Of a stretch of DNA of 64,000 bases, positions 9,605 through 17,590 are shown piece by piece. This DNA is from Candidatus Moraniibacteriota bacterium. GTDB lineage: Bacteria; Patescibacteriota; Minisyncoccia; Moranbacterales; UBA1568. Under the pieces are notes generated by a model. It saw only the letters and a list, made by a program, of their open reading frames with translations, did no database searches and was not told where the DNA came from. A program made the translations under genes and the position numbers. The stretch spans positions 30,269 through 94,268 of the forward strand of contig JBPOHW010000005.1 of NCBI GenBank assembly GCA_052035095.1, read 5' to 3'. Every line of letters begins with the position of its first letter. The first letter of the stretch is position 1.

Positions 9605-9883
9605 ATGCTCAATCAAGAGAACAAGAAAAAGATCACCATCGGTCTCAAGAAAGCATCGAGCCTTATTTCCAAGGTGATCGAAATGGTAGAAAAAGATCGC
9701 TACTGCATCGAGGTTATGCAGCAGAACCTCGCCGTAATAGGGCTCCTCCGATCGGCGCATGAAGAGCTTATGGCGAATCACCTCGATACGTGCTTCCGAT
9801 CAGCGCTCGTCTCCGGAAACAAAAAAAAGAAAGAGGCGATGGTCGAGGAAATACTCAAAGTAAACCGCTTCTACAATAAATAA
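9605..9883 (+). CDS. csoR: CsoR/RcnR-family metal-sensing transcriptional repressor
   Basis: IEMVEKDRYCIEVMQQNLAVIGLLRSAHEELMANHLDTCF is the characteristic DUF156 helix bundle with the conserved Cys and His metal ligands. Confidence 0.8.
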   Translation: MLNQENKKKITIGLKKASSLISKVIEMVEKDRYCIEVMQQNLAVIGLLRSAHEELMANHLDTCFRSALVSGNKKKKEAMVEEILKVNRFYNK

Positions 9884-9903
9884 TCCGCTCGTATCGCGCC
9901 CAT

Positions 9904-10560
9904 ATGGAACAAAACAAAAAAGATACCGATTCATGTTGCGCTGTTGTCGAAAAGAAAAAAACGAGCGGGATAGCGTTTGGTATTCTCTCCGGTCTCCTTC
10001 CGCATTCGTTCTGCGTCGCTTTTTTCGTCTTCTCAATCGTCGGCATAACGGCGGCGAGCGCCTTCTTCCGACAGTTTCTCCTCATCCCAAATCTCTTCCT
10101 CTGGCTCGTCGCGCTCTCGATCGCCCTTACCACTCTTTCCGCGATCATATTCCTCAAAAAAACCGACTGCCTCTGTTTTCCGGGAATCCGACGCAAATGG
10201 CGATACCTCTCCAGCCTTTACGGGACAGCCATCCTGACCAATCTCCTTCTCTTCTTTGTGATTTTCCCGCTCGCGACAAACGCCAATTTCTCACGAAATG
10301 AAAACGAAACGCCCGCTCACGCGAAATCCGGCACGCGTGCCGGTGAATCAAGGGCGACGACCGCGATCACGGTAGACATTCCCTGCTCGGGACACGCCCC
10401 GCTCGTCGCGGATGAAATTCGAAAGAATTTCCCATTCACTTCCGTCACCTTCACGCTGCCAAACCGATTCGAAATAACCTATAACCCCTTCGACACTTCT
10501 CCCGAAAAGATCCTCTCACTCGATCTCTTCAAGACATATCCGGCCCGAAAGACTCTTTAG
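9904..10560 (+). CDS. Membrane protein with MerT-like Cys-Cys TM region and C-terminal HMA-like (heavy-metal-associated-like) domain; putative metal transporter
   Basis: DSCCAVVEKK at the entry to TM1, four predicted TM helices, then TAITVDIPCSGHAPLVADEIRKN...VTFTL, a ferredoxin-like HMA-type fold with CSGH replacing the canonical CxxC. Directly downstream of csoR. Confidence 0.5.
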   Translation: MEQNKKDTDSCCAVVEKKKTSGIAFGILSGLLPHSFCVAFFVFSIVGITAASAFFRQFLLIPNLFLWLVALSIALTTLSAIIFLKKTDCLCFPGIRRKWRYLSSLYGTAILTNLLLFFVIFPLATNANFSRNENETPAHAKSGTRAGESRATTAITVDIPCSGHAPLVADEIRKNFPFTSVTFTLPNRFEITYNPFDTSPEKILSLDLFKTYPARKTL

Positions 10561-10649
10561 CGCCACTTTCCCACACGAAACCACTCCGAGAGTCTCCGTC
10601 GCGAAGGAGCGCTCATCGGGCGGCGATATAATTCATTAAGCGTCATACT

Positions 10650-10772
10650 ATGACAGAAGATGCAAGCCCCTGCGTCTGCAACTGCGGATGCCAAGGGAGT
10701 AAGAAATGCGCCTGCGGTCCGCAATGCACATGCGCCGAAAAATGCGCCTGCGAATGCACCCAGGAAGCCTAG
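10650..10772 (+). CDS. Metallothionein-like cysteine-rich peptide (40 aa, 11 Cys)
   Basis: Manual translation: MTEDASPCVCNCGCQGSKKCACGPQCTCAEKCACECTQEA*. It has CxC repeats throughout, lies between the CsoR-regulated membrane protein and a strong terminator, and was below the ORF-track length cutoff. Confidence 0.6.
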   Translation: MTEDASPCVCNCGCQGSKKCACGPQCTCAEKCACECTQEA

Positions 10773-10784
10773 CCAAAAAAAGAA

Positions 10785-10816
10785 AACACCGCCCGAAAAA
10801 AGCGGTGTTTTTTCAT
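10785..10816 (+). terminator. Rho-independent terminator ending the csoR-metallothionein unit
   Basis: ACACCGC-CCGAAAAAA-GCGGTGT stem-loop followed by TTTTTT. Confidence 0.65.
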
Positions 10817-10820
10817 CGAA

Positions 10821-10909
10821 GGCGGAGAGGCAGGGATTCGAACCCTGGAAGGGGTTTCCCCCTTAACACATTAGCAGTGTGCTGCTTTCAGCCACTCAGC
10901 CACCTCTCC
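10821..10909 (-). tRNA. tRNA-Ser (anticodon GCT), long variable arm, 3' CC encoded (no A)
   Basis: Manually folded: acceptor GGAGAGG/CCTCTCC, D-arm GCT-GAGTGGCTGAA-AGC, anticodon stem GCACA/TGTGT with loop CUGCUAA, long variable arm, T-arm CAGGG-TTCGAAT-CCCTG. The ORF-track ORF containing 'ERQGFEPW' is read-through of this tRNA. Confidence 0.85.
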
Positions 10910-11248
10910 TATTTCAGCTCTCAGTCGTCAGCTTTCGGCTTTCAGAAGAAGAGCTTCGTGATTGCCAGTGTATCATTGTGAAACACTCATTGGCAAGATA
11001 GGTTTTGAGGTATCTCGACCGGACAGATCCGGGCGTATCATTGGCAATGAGCGACCCTTGCAGAGATGGGAAAAATATGCTACACTCGCGGCAGTAGTAA
11101 GTTTCTCATCAGGTTTCTGGCGGAATCCCCTCCGATAATCGGGGTGGACGTTCTAAGGGCGAGATTTTCGAGCTTTTAGGGAAAGCGGGAGCAAACAGAG
11201 GAGAAGGTCGGCTTACTCGCGTTATTCTCTCAAAGAGAACGAAATTCT

Positions 11249-11566
11249 ATGGCACAGAAGCTCTACGTCGGAAACCTCTCGTATGGTACGACGGACGACA
11301 GCCTTCGCGACGCGTTCGCGCAGGCCGGTTCCGTTGCATCGGCGACCGTTATCACCGACCGCGCTACCGGCCGTTCGAAAGGCTTCGGCTTTGTCGAAAT
11401 GGCATCGGATGCGGATGCTGAAAAAGCAATCGCCATGTGGAACGGAAAGGATCTCGATGGTCGCACCCTCGTCGTGAACGAGGCGCGTCCGTTTGAACCC
11501 CGACCGCGCCAAGGCGGAAACGGCGGCGGATACTCCGACGGCGGCAACAACCGACGGGACTGGTAA
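11249..11566 (+). CDS. RRM-type glycine-rich RNA-binding protein
   Basis: LYVGNLSY (RNP-2) and KGFGFVEM (RNP-1) motifs, with a Gly-rich C-terminal tail. Confidence 0.85.
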   Translation: MAQKLYVGNLSYGTTDDSLRDAFAQAGSVASATVITDRATGRSKGFGFVEMASDADAEKAIAMWNGKDLDGRTLVVNEARPFEPRPRQGGNGGGYSDGGNNRRDW

Positions 11567-11593
11567 TTCTCTCCCGAAGTGTTGTGCGAAAAA

Positions 11594-11622
11594 CTCTCCC
11601 GAGCAATCGGGAGAGTTTTTTT
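11594..11622 (+). terminator. Rho-independent terminator after the RRM protein gene
   Basis: CTCTCCCGA-GCAA-TCGGGAGAG followed by TTTTTTTG. Confidence 0.65.
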
Positions 11623-11648
11623 GTATAAAAATCAATCAGTCCCATCGA

Positions 11649-11768
11649 GGACTTCCTCACTTTGATGCAGTTCGAGGAAAAACCAAGCACTGAAACGAGG
11701 TGTATGAGACATACTCCGAGTGAGGAGCGCAGGTTTTGACGAAGAAATGCGCAAAGTGAGGAAGTCCC
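11649..11768. repeat. Divergent copy (C) of the ~130-150-bp terminal-inverted-repeat element family (see 36621 and 60626)
   Basis: Shares internal blocks ATGCAGTTCGAGGAAAA and TTTTGACGAAGAAATGCGC with copies A and B. Its terminal inverted repeat is GGACTTCCTCACTTTG...CAAAGTGAGGAAGTCC, different in sequence from A/B but still perfectly self-complementary (compensatory changes). Confidence 0.6.
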
Positions 11769-11772
11769 ACCA

Positions 11773-12951
11773 TCAATAAATCACAATCGGAGTGCCTATG
11801 TCCGCCCACTCAAAGACTCGTTTCGCGGGACCGATGCCAAGACGGACGCAACCGTGCGACACGGGAATACCCAAATGATTCGTACCCTCTTTGTAGCCAC
11901 CGGGCCACTCGGGAAGCTCGTGAATGCCAAACTTCCCGCCGGGCACGATCGCCATCCAGTATGGCATATAGAGCCCATAGGTTTTGGACCAGGCGCGCGG
12001 CGTCTTGTTATGAATCGAAAATGTTCCCGTGGGCGTATCCATTCCTCGTTTTCCGGAAGAAATCATAAACGCGTCAAGTGCCGTCCCGTTTTCGAAAATC
12101 GTCATAACCTGACTCGAAATATTGACATCGATATACTTCCCCGTCGTTATCGCGGGATCCGTATAGCGCTTGGCCTCAAGGAGACGCGTCGGAAAATCCT
12201 TCGCCCACGCGGAGGGCTTGGGAGGGAGCGTTTCAAAACTTCCTTCATATATTTTTGCAAACGAATCATCACTCCCCTCGCGATGACGCGCGCGGACGAC
12301 GAGCGTATACCGCTTCCCCGACTGAATATCGCTCGGAAGAATACGAAATTCCGATTTCTCGGGATCGATTTCATAGACGATCGCTCCCGCGTCATTAAAA
12401 GAAAATTCGAGAAAAGAATCTTTTGCCGGCCGATCAAGCGTTACGACAACCGGATCCTCGGCGCCGAGAAGCACGTCTCTCGCGCCATCCTCGGGGGAAA
12501 CCGACGCGACCGAAGGCGGCGCCCATGTTTCAAAAACAAGCGTCGTCTCGGGAATCATTCCCAACCATCGCGTCTTCCCAGCGGGAAGCGACACCGTATA
12601 GCGCGTCCCAAATTCCCATTGAGACTTCGGTCGAATAAGAAGCTTCATGTCGTCATCCTTCCATTCAAAACTCATGTCGGCGGACGGGCTGACACGAATC
12701 CCCTCGACGAACCCTTCCGTCTTCACGGAAGAAAGAAAAACAATGCCGATCGCGCTCTCGGACTTCACATTCCCCACGGTCGTCAAATCAAGCTCCGGCC
12801 GCGTTTCGGTGATACGCGCGTAGGAACGAAATCCGTACACAAATCCCGCCGAAAGAAACAAGAGCACTATAGAAAGCGGGAGCGCGCTCCACCTTGTCCG
12901 CCCCTTACTCGCCCCTACCTTCCTCGCCCTCGATGAAAAATTGAAGTGCAT
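11773..12951 (-). CDS. L,D-transpeptidase (YkuD domain) with N-terminal TM anchor and Ig-like domains
   Basis: C-terminal HELPEWPGGYKEGTNHLGIPVSHGCVRL is the L,D-transpeptidase catalytic His/Cys motif. Confidence 0.8.
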   Translation of the reverse strand: MHFNFSSRARKVGASKGRTRWSALPLSIVLLFLSAGFVYGFRSYARITETRPELDLTTVGNVKSESAIGIVFLSSVKTEGFVEGIRVSPSADMSFEWKDDDMKLLIRPKSQWEFGTRYTVSLPAGKTRWLGMIPETTLVFETWAPPSVASVSPEDGARDVLLGAEDPVVVTLDRPAKDSFLEFSFNDAGAIVYEIDPEKSEFRILPSDIQSGKRYTLVVRARHREGSDDSFAKIYEGSFETLPPKPSAWAKDFPTRLLEAKRYTDPAITTGKYIDVNISSQVMTIFENGTALDAFMISSGKRGMDTPTGTFSIHNKTPRAWSKTYGLYMPYWMAIVPGGKFGIHELPEWPGGYKEGTNHLGIPVSHGCVRLGIGPAKRVFEWADIGTPIVIY

Positions 12952-13062
12952 GTATTTTTGTTTTTTTCATTGTAGCATCAAACGCTCACCCTGAAAAAAC
13001 GAGCGCGATTCAAAACACTCCGTACTCATTCTTCAAAGAAAGTTTCAGCGACAAAATCCCGA

Positions 13063-14553
13063 TTATGCGCCAGTTTTTTCGGCGATTTGAGAATCGTTGC
13101 TCCGCAGCGGCGGGAAGATAACCGTTTCTCTCACGGAGCGATTCAGAAGGATGGCAAAGAAACGCTCGCTCATACCAAAGCCGCACGCCGGCGGCATTCC
13201 GTATTCAAGAGCCTCGATGAAATCTTCATCAAGCTGTTGCGCTTCGGCGTCACCCTCGGCGCGGAGTTTCATTTGTTCTTCGAAGCGCGCACGCTGATCG
13301 ATCGGATCATTGAGCTCGGCAAAACCGTTGCCGAGTTCGCTCGCGCAGGCGACCGGCTGGAAACGAAGGACTTTGCGTGGAAATTTGGAATCGCGTTTCG
13401 CGAGGGGCGACACTTCAATCGGATGCCCGACCAAAAAACATGGCTGAATGAGCTTCTTGCGCACGGTTTTTTTGTAGATCGTGTCGATCATTCGTCCCTT
13501 GCCGTATGACGCTTCGTATGCGATGTTCAATTCATCGGCTTTTTCCTTCAACATTTGGACGGAAACATCTCCTGACAAATCAATACCGGTTTCCTGTTTG
13601 AATGCCGTGAAGTAGTCCACAACCTCAAAAGGCTTCTCCCAGCGGATCGTCTCATCATTCCATTTCGTTTCGAGACCCCCCGTAACGCGCCCGACAATCT
13701 GCCGAAAGAGCCGCTCCACCATATCCATTCCGGTTTTCATATCGGTATACGCCGAGTAGAATTCCATATGATCGAATTCTTGCAAATGCTCGCGATCGAT
13801 ACCTTCGTTCCGGAATACGCGCCCGATTTCAAAAACGCGCTCATATCCGCCGACCAAGAGACGCTTGAGTGGTAGCTCGAGCGAAATACGAAGATAGAAG
13901 TCCCGGTCGAGCGCATTATGATGCGTCACAAACGGCTCCGCCTCGGCGCCGCCCGGGATATGCTCCAAAACCGGCGTCTGCACCTCGAGAAATGTTTCCT
14001 CGGAAAGAAAGTTTCGAATCGTCTGCCAAAAAACATTCTTCTTGCGGAAGAGTTCCCGCGTTTCGGAGTTCGTCGCGAGATCGAGGTAGCGCCGCCGCAA
14101 CAATTCTTCTTCGTCTTTGAGCCCATAAAATTCCGACGGCATCGGACGAAGCGACTTCGAGAGCATCCGCCAACTCGACACTTCAAGCGTCTTCTCGTTT
14201 TGCTTCGTCAGAAAGAGCGTCCCCGTCACTTCAACAAAATCGCCGATATCCACTCCTTCGAGAAACGTCGCGAAAAGATCGTCCGAGAGCGCGCCCTTCT
14301 TCACGAAGACCTGCACCTTCCCGCTCTCGTCTTCAATGTGCGCGAAGGCGATTTTCCCCATCGTGCGAAGCGATCGCACCCGTCCCACGAGCGATACGGA
14401 TTTCTTTTCACTCGAAAGCGCGTCAAAATTCGAAAACACTTCCGCGTTCGTCCCGGTCCGAAACGAAACCTCCGGATACGCCTCACCGAATTCTTTTTTC
14501 ACTCGCTCGAGTTTTTCTCTCCGTGCCGAAAGTATGTCTTCACGCATAGGCAT
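13063..14553 (-). CDS. lysS: Lysyl-tRNA synthetase (class II)
   Basis: FLEVQTPVL, GGAEAEPFVTHHNALD, FRNEGID (motif 2) and class II motif 3 are present. The ORF-track start (14661) adds a hydrophobic extension that overlaps a repeat motif; the start is placed at the internal MPM. Confidence 0.85.
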   Translation of the reverse strand: MPMREDILSARREKLERVKKEFGEAYPEVSFRTGTNAEVFSNFDALSSEKKSVSLVGRVRSLRTMGKIAFAHIEDESGKVQVFVKKGALSDDLFATFLEGVDIGDFVEVTGTLFLTKQNEKTLEVSSWRMLSKSLRPMPSEFYGLKDEEELLRRRYLDLATNSETRELFRKKNVFWQTIRNFLSEETFLEVQTPVLEHIPGGAEAEPFVTHHNALDRDFYLRISLELPLKRLLVGGYERVFEIGRVFRNEGIDREHLQEFDHMEFYSAYTDMKTGMDMVERLFRQIVGRVTGGLETKWNDETIRWEKPFEVVDYFTAFKQETGIDLSGDVSVQMLKEKADELNIAYEASYGKGRMIDTIYKKTVRKKLIQPCFLVGHPIEVSPLAKRDSKFPRKVLRFQPVACASELGNGFAELNDPIDQRARFEEQMKLRAEGDAEAQQLDEDFIEALEYGMPPACGFGMSERFFAILLNRSVRETVIFPPLRSNDSQIAEKTGA

Positions 14554-14723
14554 GCCAACTGCCGACTGACAACTGACAACCGTCAGCAGCCAACCGGCAA
14601 CAGAAAACAAGAAACAAAAAATGTATGCCTCCACTCTAGCGAATTTTGAAACTTGTCGCAAGAAAACACCCCTCCAAAAAATGAAGGGGTGCTACAGGTC
14701 ACTTGCAAACCGATTTTCAGTCC

Positions 14724-15041
14724 CTAAGGAACTAAACGGCAAAAATCTTTACCGAAACGAAGAAAACTACCGAGAGATGCAATTTTGTCCCAAAAATCCG
14801 CCGCCTGATGCTTTCCAAAATCCCTCAATGCTTGAACGGCATCTTCCGTAAATACAACAAATCCATCTACATTTTCCGTTCCAGTCCATACTCCACCAGG
14901 TTCCACATCCTTCTCAGGAAGTGGGATTTCGACACCTATCCACTGCTCCCGTATCTCTTTTGGCGCAAAACCTGGAGGAGTTGATACTATTCGTATCTTC
15001 CTTCTTTCCTCCGCACAACATCTTGACTCTTTTTTAGCCAT
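14724..15041 (-). CDS. Hypothetical small protein (low-GC pocket)
   Basis: 105-aa ORF, MAKKESRCCAEERRKIRIV..., with no recognisable domain. Local AT-richness contrasts with its neighbours. Confidence 0.3.
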   Translation of the reverse strand: MAKKESRCCAEERRKIRIVSTPPGFAPKEIREQWIGVEIPLPEKDVEPGGVWTGTENVDGFVVFTEDAVQALRDFGKHQAADFWDKIASLGSFLRFGKDFCRLVP

Positions 15042-15094
15042 GATACCTCACCTCGCTGGAAACCAAACAAAAAACAAAGAACAGAAGAATCCTT

Positions 15095-15550
15095 CTACTC
15101 CACTCCCAAAATTTCGTATTCCATACTACCGGCGGGCGTGTCGACGGAAATGCGGGCGCCTTTCTCTTTGTTGAGAAACGCTTTGCCGAGCGGCGACTCG
15201 TGGGAAATTTTTCCGGCCGCGGGATCCACTTCATTGGAACCGACAATTGTAAACGCCATTTCCCTGCCGCGAAGGAGCGCTCGGACGGTCGAACCGATTT
15301 GCACGCCGGAGGAGCGATTATTGTGCTTGGCAACCACCGCCTCTTTGAGCGATGCCTCGAGCTCGGCGATACGCGACTCATTCTCCGCCTGCTCTCGCTT
15401 CGCCTCGCTGTACTCGGCATTTTCGGACAGATCCCCTTGCTCCTTCGCCTCTTTGATGGCGGCGGCGATACGCTGGCGCACGGTGATGCGCCGCTCTTCA
15501 AGCTCCTCTTGGAGTTTTTTCAGTCCGTCTTTGGTCAATATTTTCGTCAT
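15095..15550 (-). CDS. greA: Transcription elongation factor GreA
   Basis: Full-length match to the GreA coiled-coil N-domain (DLSENAEY) plus the FKBP-like C-domain. Confidence 0.9.
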   Translation of the reverse strand: MTKILTKDGLKKLQEELEERRITVRQRIAAAIKEAKEQGDLSENAEYSEAKREQAENESRIAELEASLKEAVVAKHNNRSSGVQIGSTVRALLRGREMAFTIVGSNEVDPAAGKISHESPLGKAFLNKEKGARISVDTPAGSMEYEILGVE

Positions 15551-15657
15551 AGTGAAGCGCTACCTGATTATGTTTTGTTTCAAAGAAACGCAATGCTCCC
15601 TATGATACAGAGGTGGTTTGGGCTTGTCAATACTCGATTTGTCAAGAGAACCAGTCA

Positions 15658-17550
15658 TTATTTGAGAGCATCCTTTCCATGCCCTTCCGAAAAGTACCAT
15701 TCGTAAATATCATGCGTCACCGGAACGGCATTGTAGGTTTCGTCCTTGGATTGACCCTCGACCAAGACGAGGAGCGCGATTGACGGATGCTCATAGGGAG
15801 CAAACGAAGAAAACCATCCATGCGTTCTTTCCTCACTGCCAAACTGCGCCGTCCCCGTCTTCCCGGCAACCGGCACCGGGAGGCTGGAGAGTGACTGCGC
15901 CGTCCCTTCGGTCACGGTCATACGCATCCCTTCGCGAACCGCCCTTGCTATCGACGGCTCGACAATGCGATCCCGCACCATCTCCGATGAGAGTGTCTTC
16001 GTCTCGCCGGTATGAAAACGAACCTGCCCCACAATTCTCGGTTTCCACAAAACGCCGCCATTTGCAATGGCCGCCGTCGCGGAAGCCACCTGCATCGGCG
16101 TCGCAAGGACAAACCCCTGACCGATTGAGGCATGATACGTGTCCCCGATATACCAGCGTTCGCCCACTTTTTCCTTTTTCCATTCCGACGTCGGCAAAAA
16201 ACCAGCCCTCTCACCGGGAATATCAATGCCAGTTTTCGATCCGAAACCGAAACGAGCTTCATATTCGTTTATTTTTTCCATACCGAGTCCGCGAACCGCG
16301 CCGTACCCGCCACCGATACTGTAGAAATATACGTCGCTCGAAACGGCGATCGCGCGCCGAATATCCGTAAAACCATGCACTTTCCAATCGCCGAAGGAAA
16401 AGCTCCCAACGGTGATTCCGCCGCGACTCTCGATACTCGTCCGTTCCGTAACAACACCTTCCGCAAGCGCCGCTCCCGCAAGAAACGGCTTTATGGTGGA
16501 GCCAGGCGGGTATTCGCCGGCAATCACACGATTGAAAAGCGGAAGCGACGGATCATTGATAATCTCCGCGTAGCTCGAGGCGTCGATGCCTTTGGCGAAA
16601 AGATTGTTATCAAAAGACGGGATACTCACAAGCGAGAGGACGCTCCCGTCATTGGGGTCAATCGCGATCGCCGCCCCCGCCTTCAACCCTTTTGCCTCCA
16701 ATGCCGAACGGAGCGTATCGAATATTTTTTTCTGAAGTTCCGCGTCGATATTCAAAATGAGATCGTTCCCCGGCTCCGGTTCAAAAATCCCAAGCTCTTT
16801 CTTGACAACGCCTCGCGAATCCACCTCCACCCGATCAGCGCCTCGCTTCCCGCGCAGTACCGACTCATAACTCTTTTCCAACCCCTGTTTCCCAATCGAA
16901 TCAATCGGGAGATACTCGGGATGCTCTTCAAGCTCTTCCTTTCGGATCTTCCCTTCATATCCCAAGATGTGCGAGAAGATAAGGCTATCCTCATACTCTC
17001 GAACCGCCGATTTCTCAATCAAAATGCCGGGAAACTCCGCGGAACGGCTCAAAAAAAGAAGCGCTTCATCCTGTGAAAGCGACGTTTTCAAGACAATCGG
17101 AAGAGACAGTATATCGGAAGCGCATACCGAATGCTCCGATTCGATCGAATCGAAAGGGACAATCGCGTGAAGATTTGTAAGAAGCGCTCGACATTCGTCT
17201 TCGGATTTGGGAAGTCCCGCCGGCACGGCAACGAGCTCCATACTCGGAACATTGCGCACCAATTGTCGACCGTATCGATCGAAGATAAGACCGCGCGGCG
17301 CCGGAAGAAGCACGCTCCGCACGCTGTTTCGAACGGCAATCTCGCGATAATACTCCCCCTGAACCACATTCAAAAAGAAGACCCGCGCGCCAAACAAGAC
17401 CAAGACGACAACAAAAAGAAAGCGAAACCATGTCGCCCCGAAACGGTTGATCGGAAATTCAAGGCGCGCCGCGTCCTTTTCCGTCACCGTAAGCACCGCG
17501 TCGTCAATTTCCATCCCGCGATACTTCGTCCGATTGCCAAAGAAAGACAT
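15658..17550 (-). CDS. mrdA: Penicillin-binding protein 2 (class B PBP, elongation-type; MrdA-like)
   Basis: N-terminal TM anchor, and STIKP (SxxK), SxD and KTGTAQ transpeptidase motifs. It is the second class B PBP in the window; the other is ftsI. Confidence 0.8.
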   Translation of the reverse strand: MSFFGNRTKYRGMEIDDAVLTVTEKDAARLEFPINRFGATWFRFLFVVVLVLFGARVFFLNVVQGEYYREIAVRNSVRSVLLPAPRGLIFDRYGRQLVRNVPSMELVAVPAGLPKSEDECRALLTNLHAIVPFDSIESEHSVCASDILSLPIVLKTSLSQDEALLFLSRSAEFPGILIEKSAVREYEDSLIFSHILGYEGKIRKEELEEHPEYLPIDSIGKQGLEKSYESVLRGKRGADRVEVDSRGVVKKELGIFEPEPGNDLILNIDAELQKKIFDTLRSALEAKGLKAGAAIAIDPNDGSVLSLVSIPSFDNNLFAKGIDASSYAEIINDPSLPLFNRVIAGEYPPGSTIKPFLAGAALAEGVVTERTSIESRGGITVGSFSFGDWKVHGFTDIRRAIAVSSDVYFYSIGGGYGAVRGLGMEKINEYEARFGFGSKTGIDIPGERAGFLPTSEWKKEKVGERWYIGDTYHASIGQGFVLATPMQVASATAAIANGGVLWKPRIVGQVRFHTGETKTLSSEMVRDRIVEPSIARAVREGMRMTVTEGTAQSLSSLPVPVAGKTGTAQFGSEERTHGWFSSFAPYEHPSIALLVLVEGQSKDETYNAVPVTHDIYEWYFSEGHGKDALK

Positions 17551-17590
17551 AGGGTCGGATATTCAAGAGACCAAAGCGCCTCATTATACC

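Noticed and set aside
10660-10866. 68-aa plus-strand ORF ending in ...ERQGFEPWKGFPP
   Set aside because: It is the antisense/sense read-through of the tRNA-Ser gene (GGTTCGAATCC is the T-loop) and overlaps the metallothionein ORF in another frame. Not a protein.
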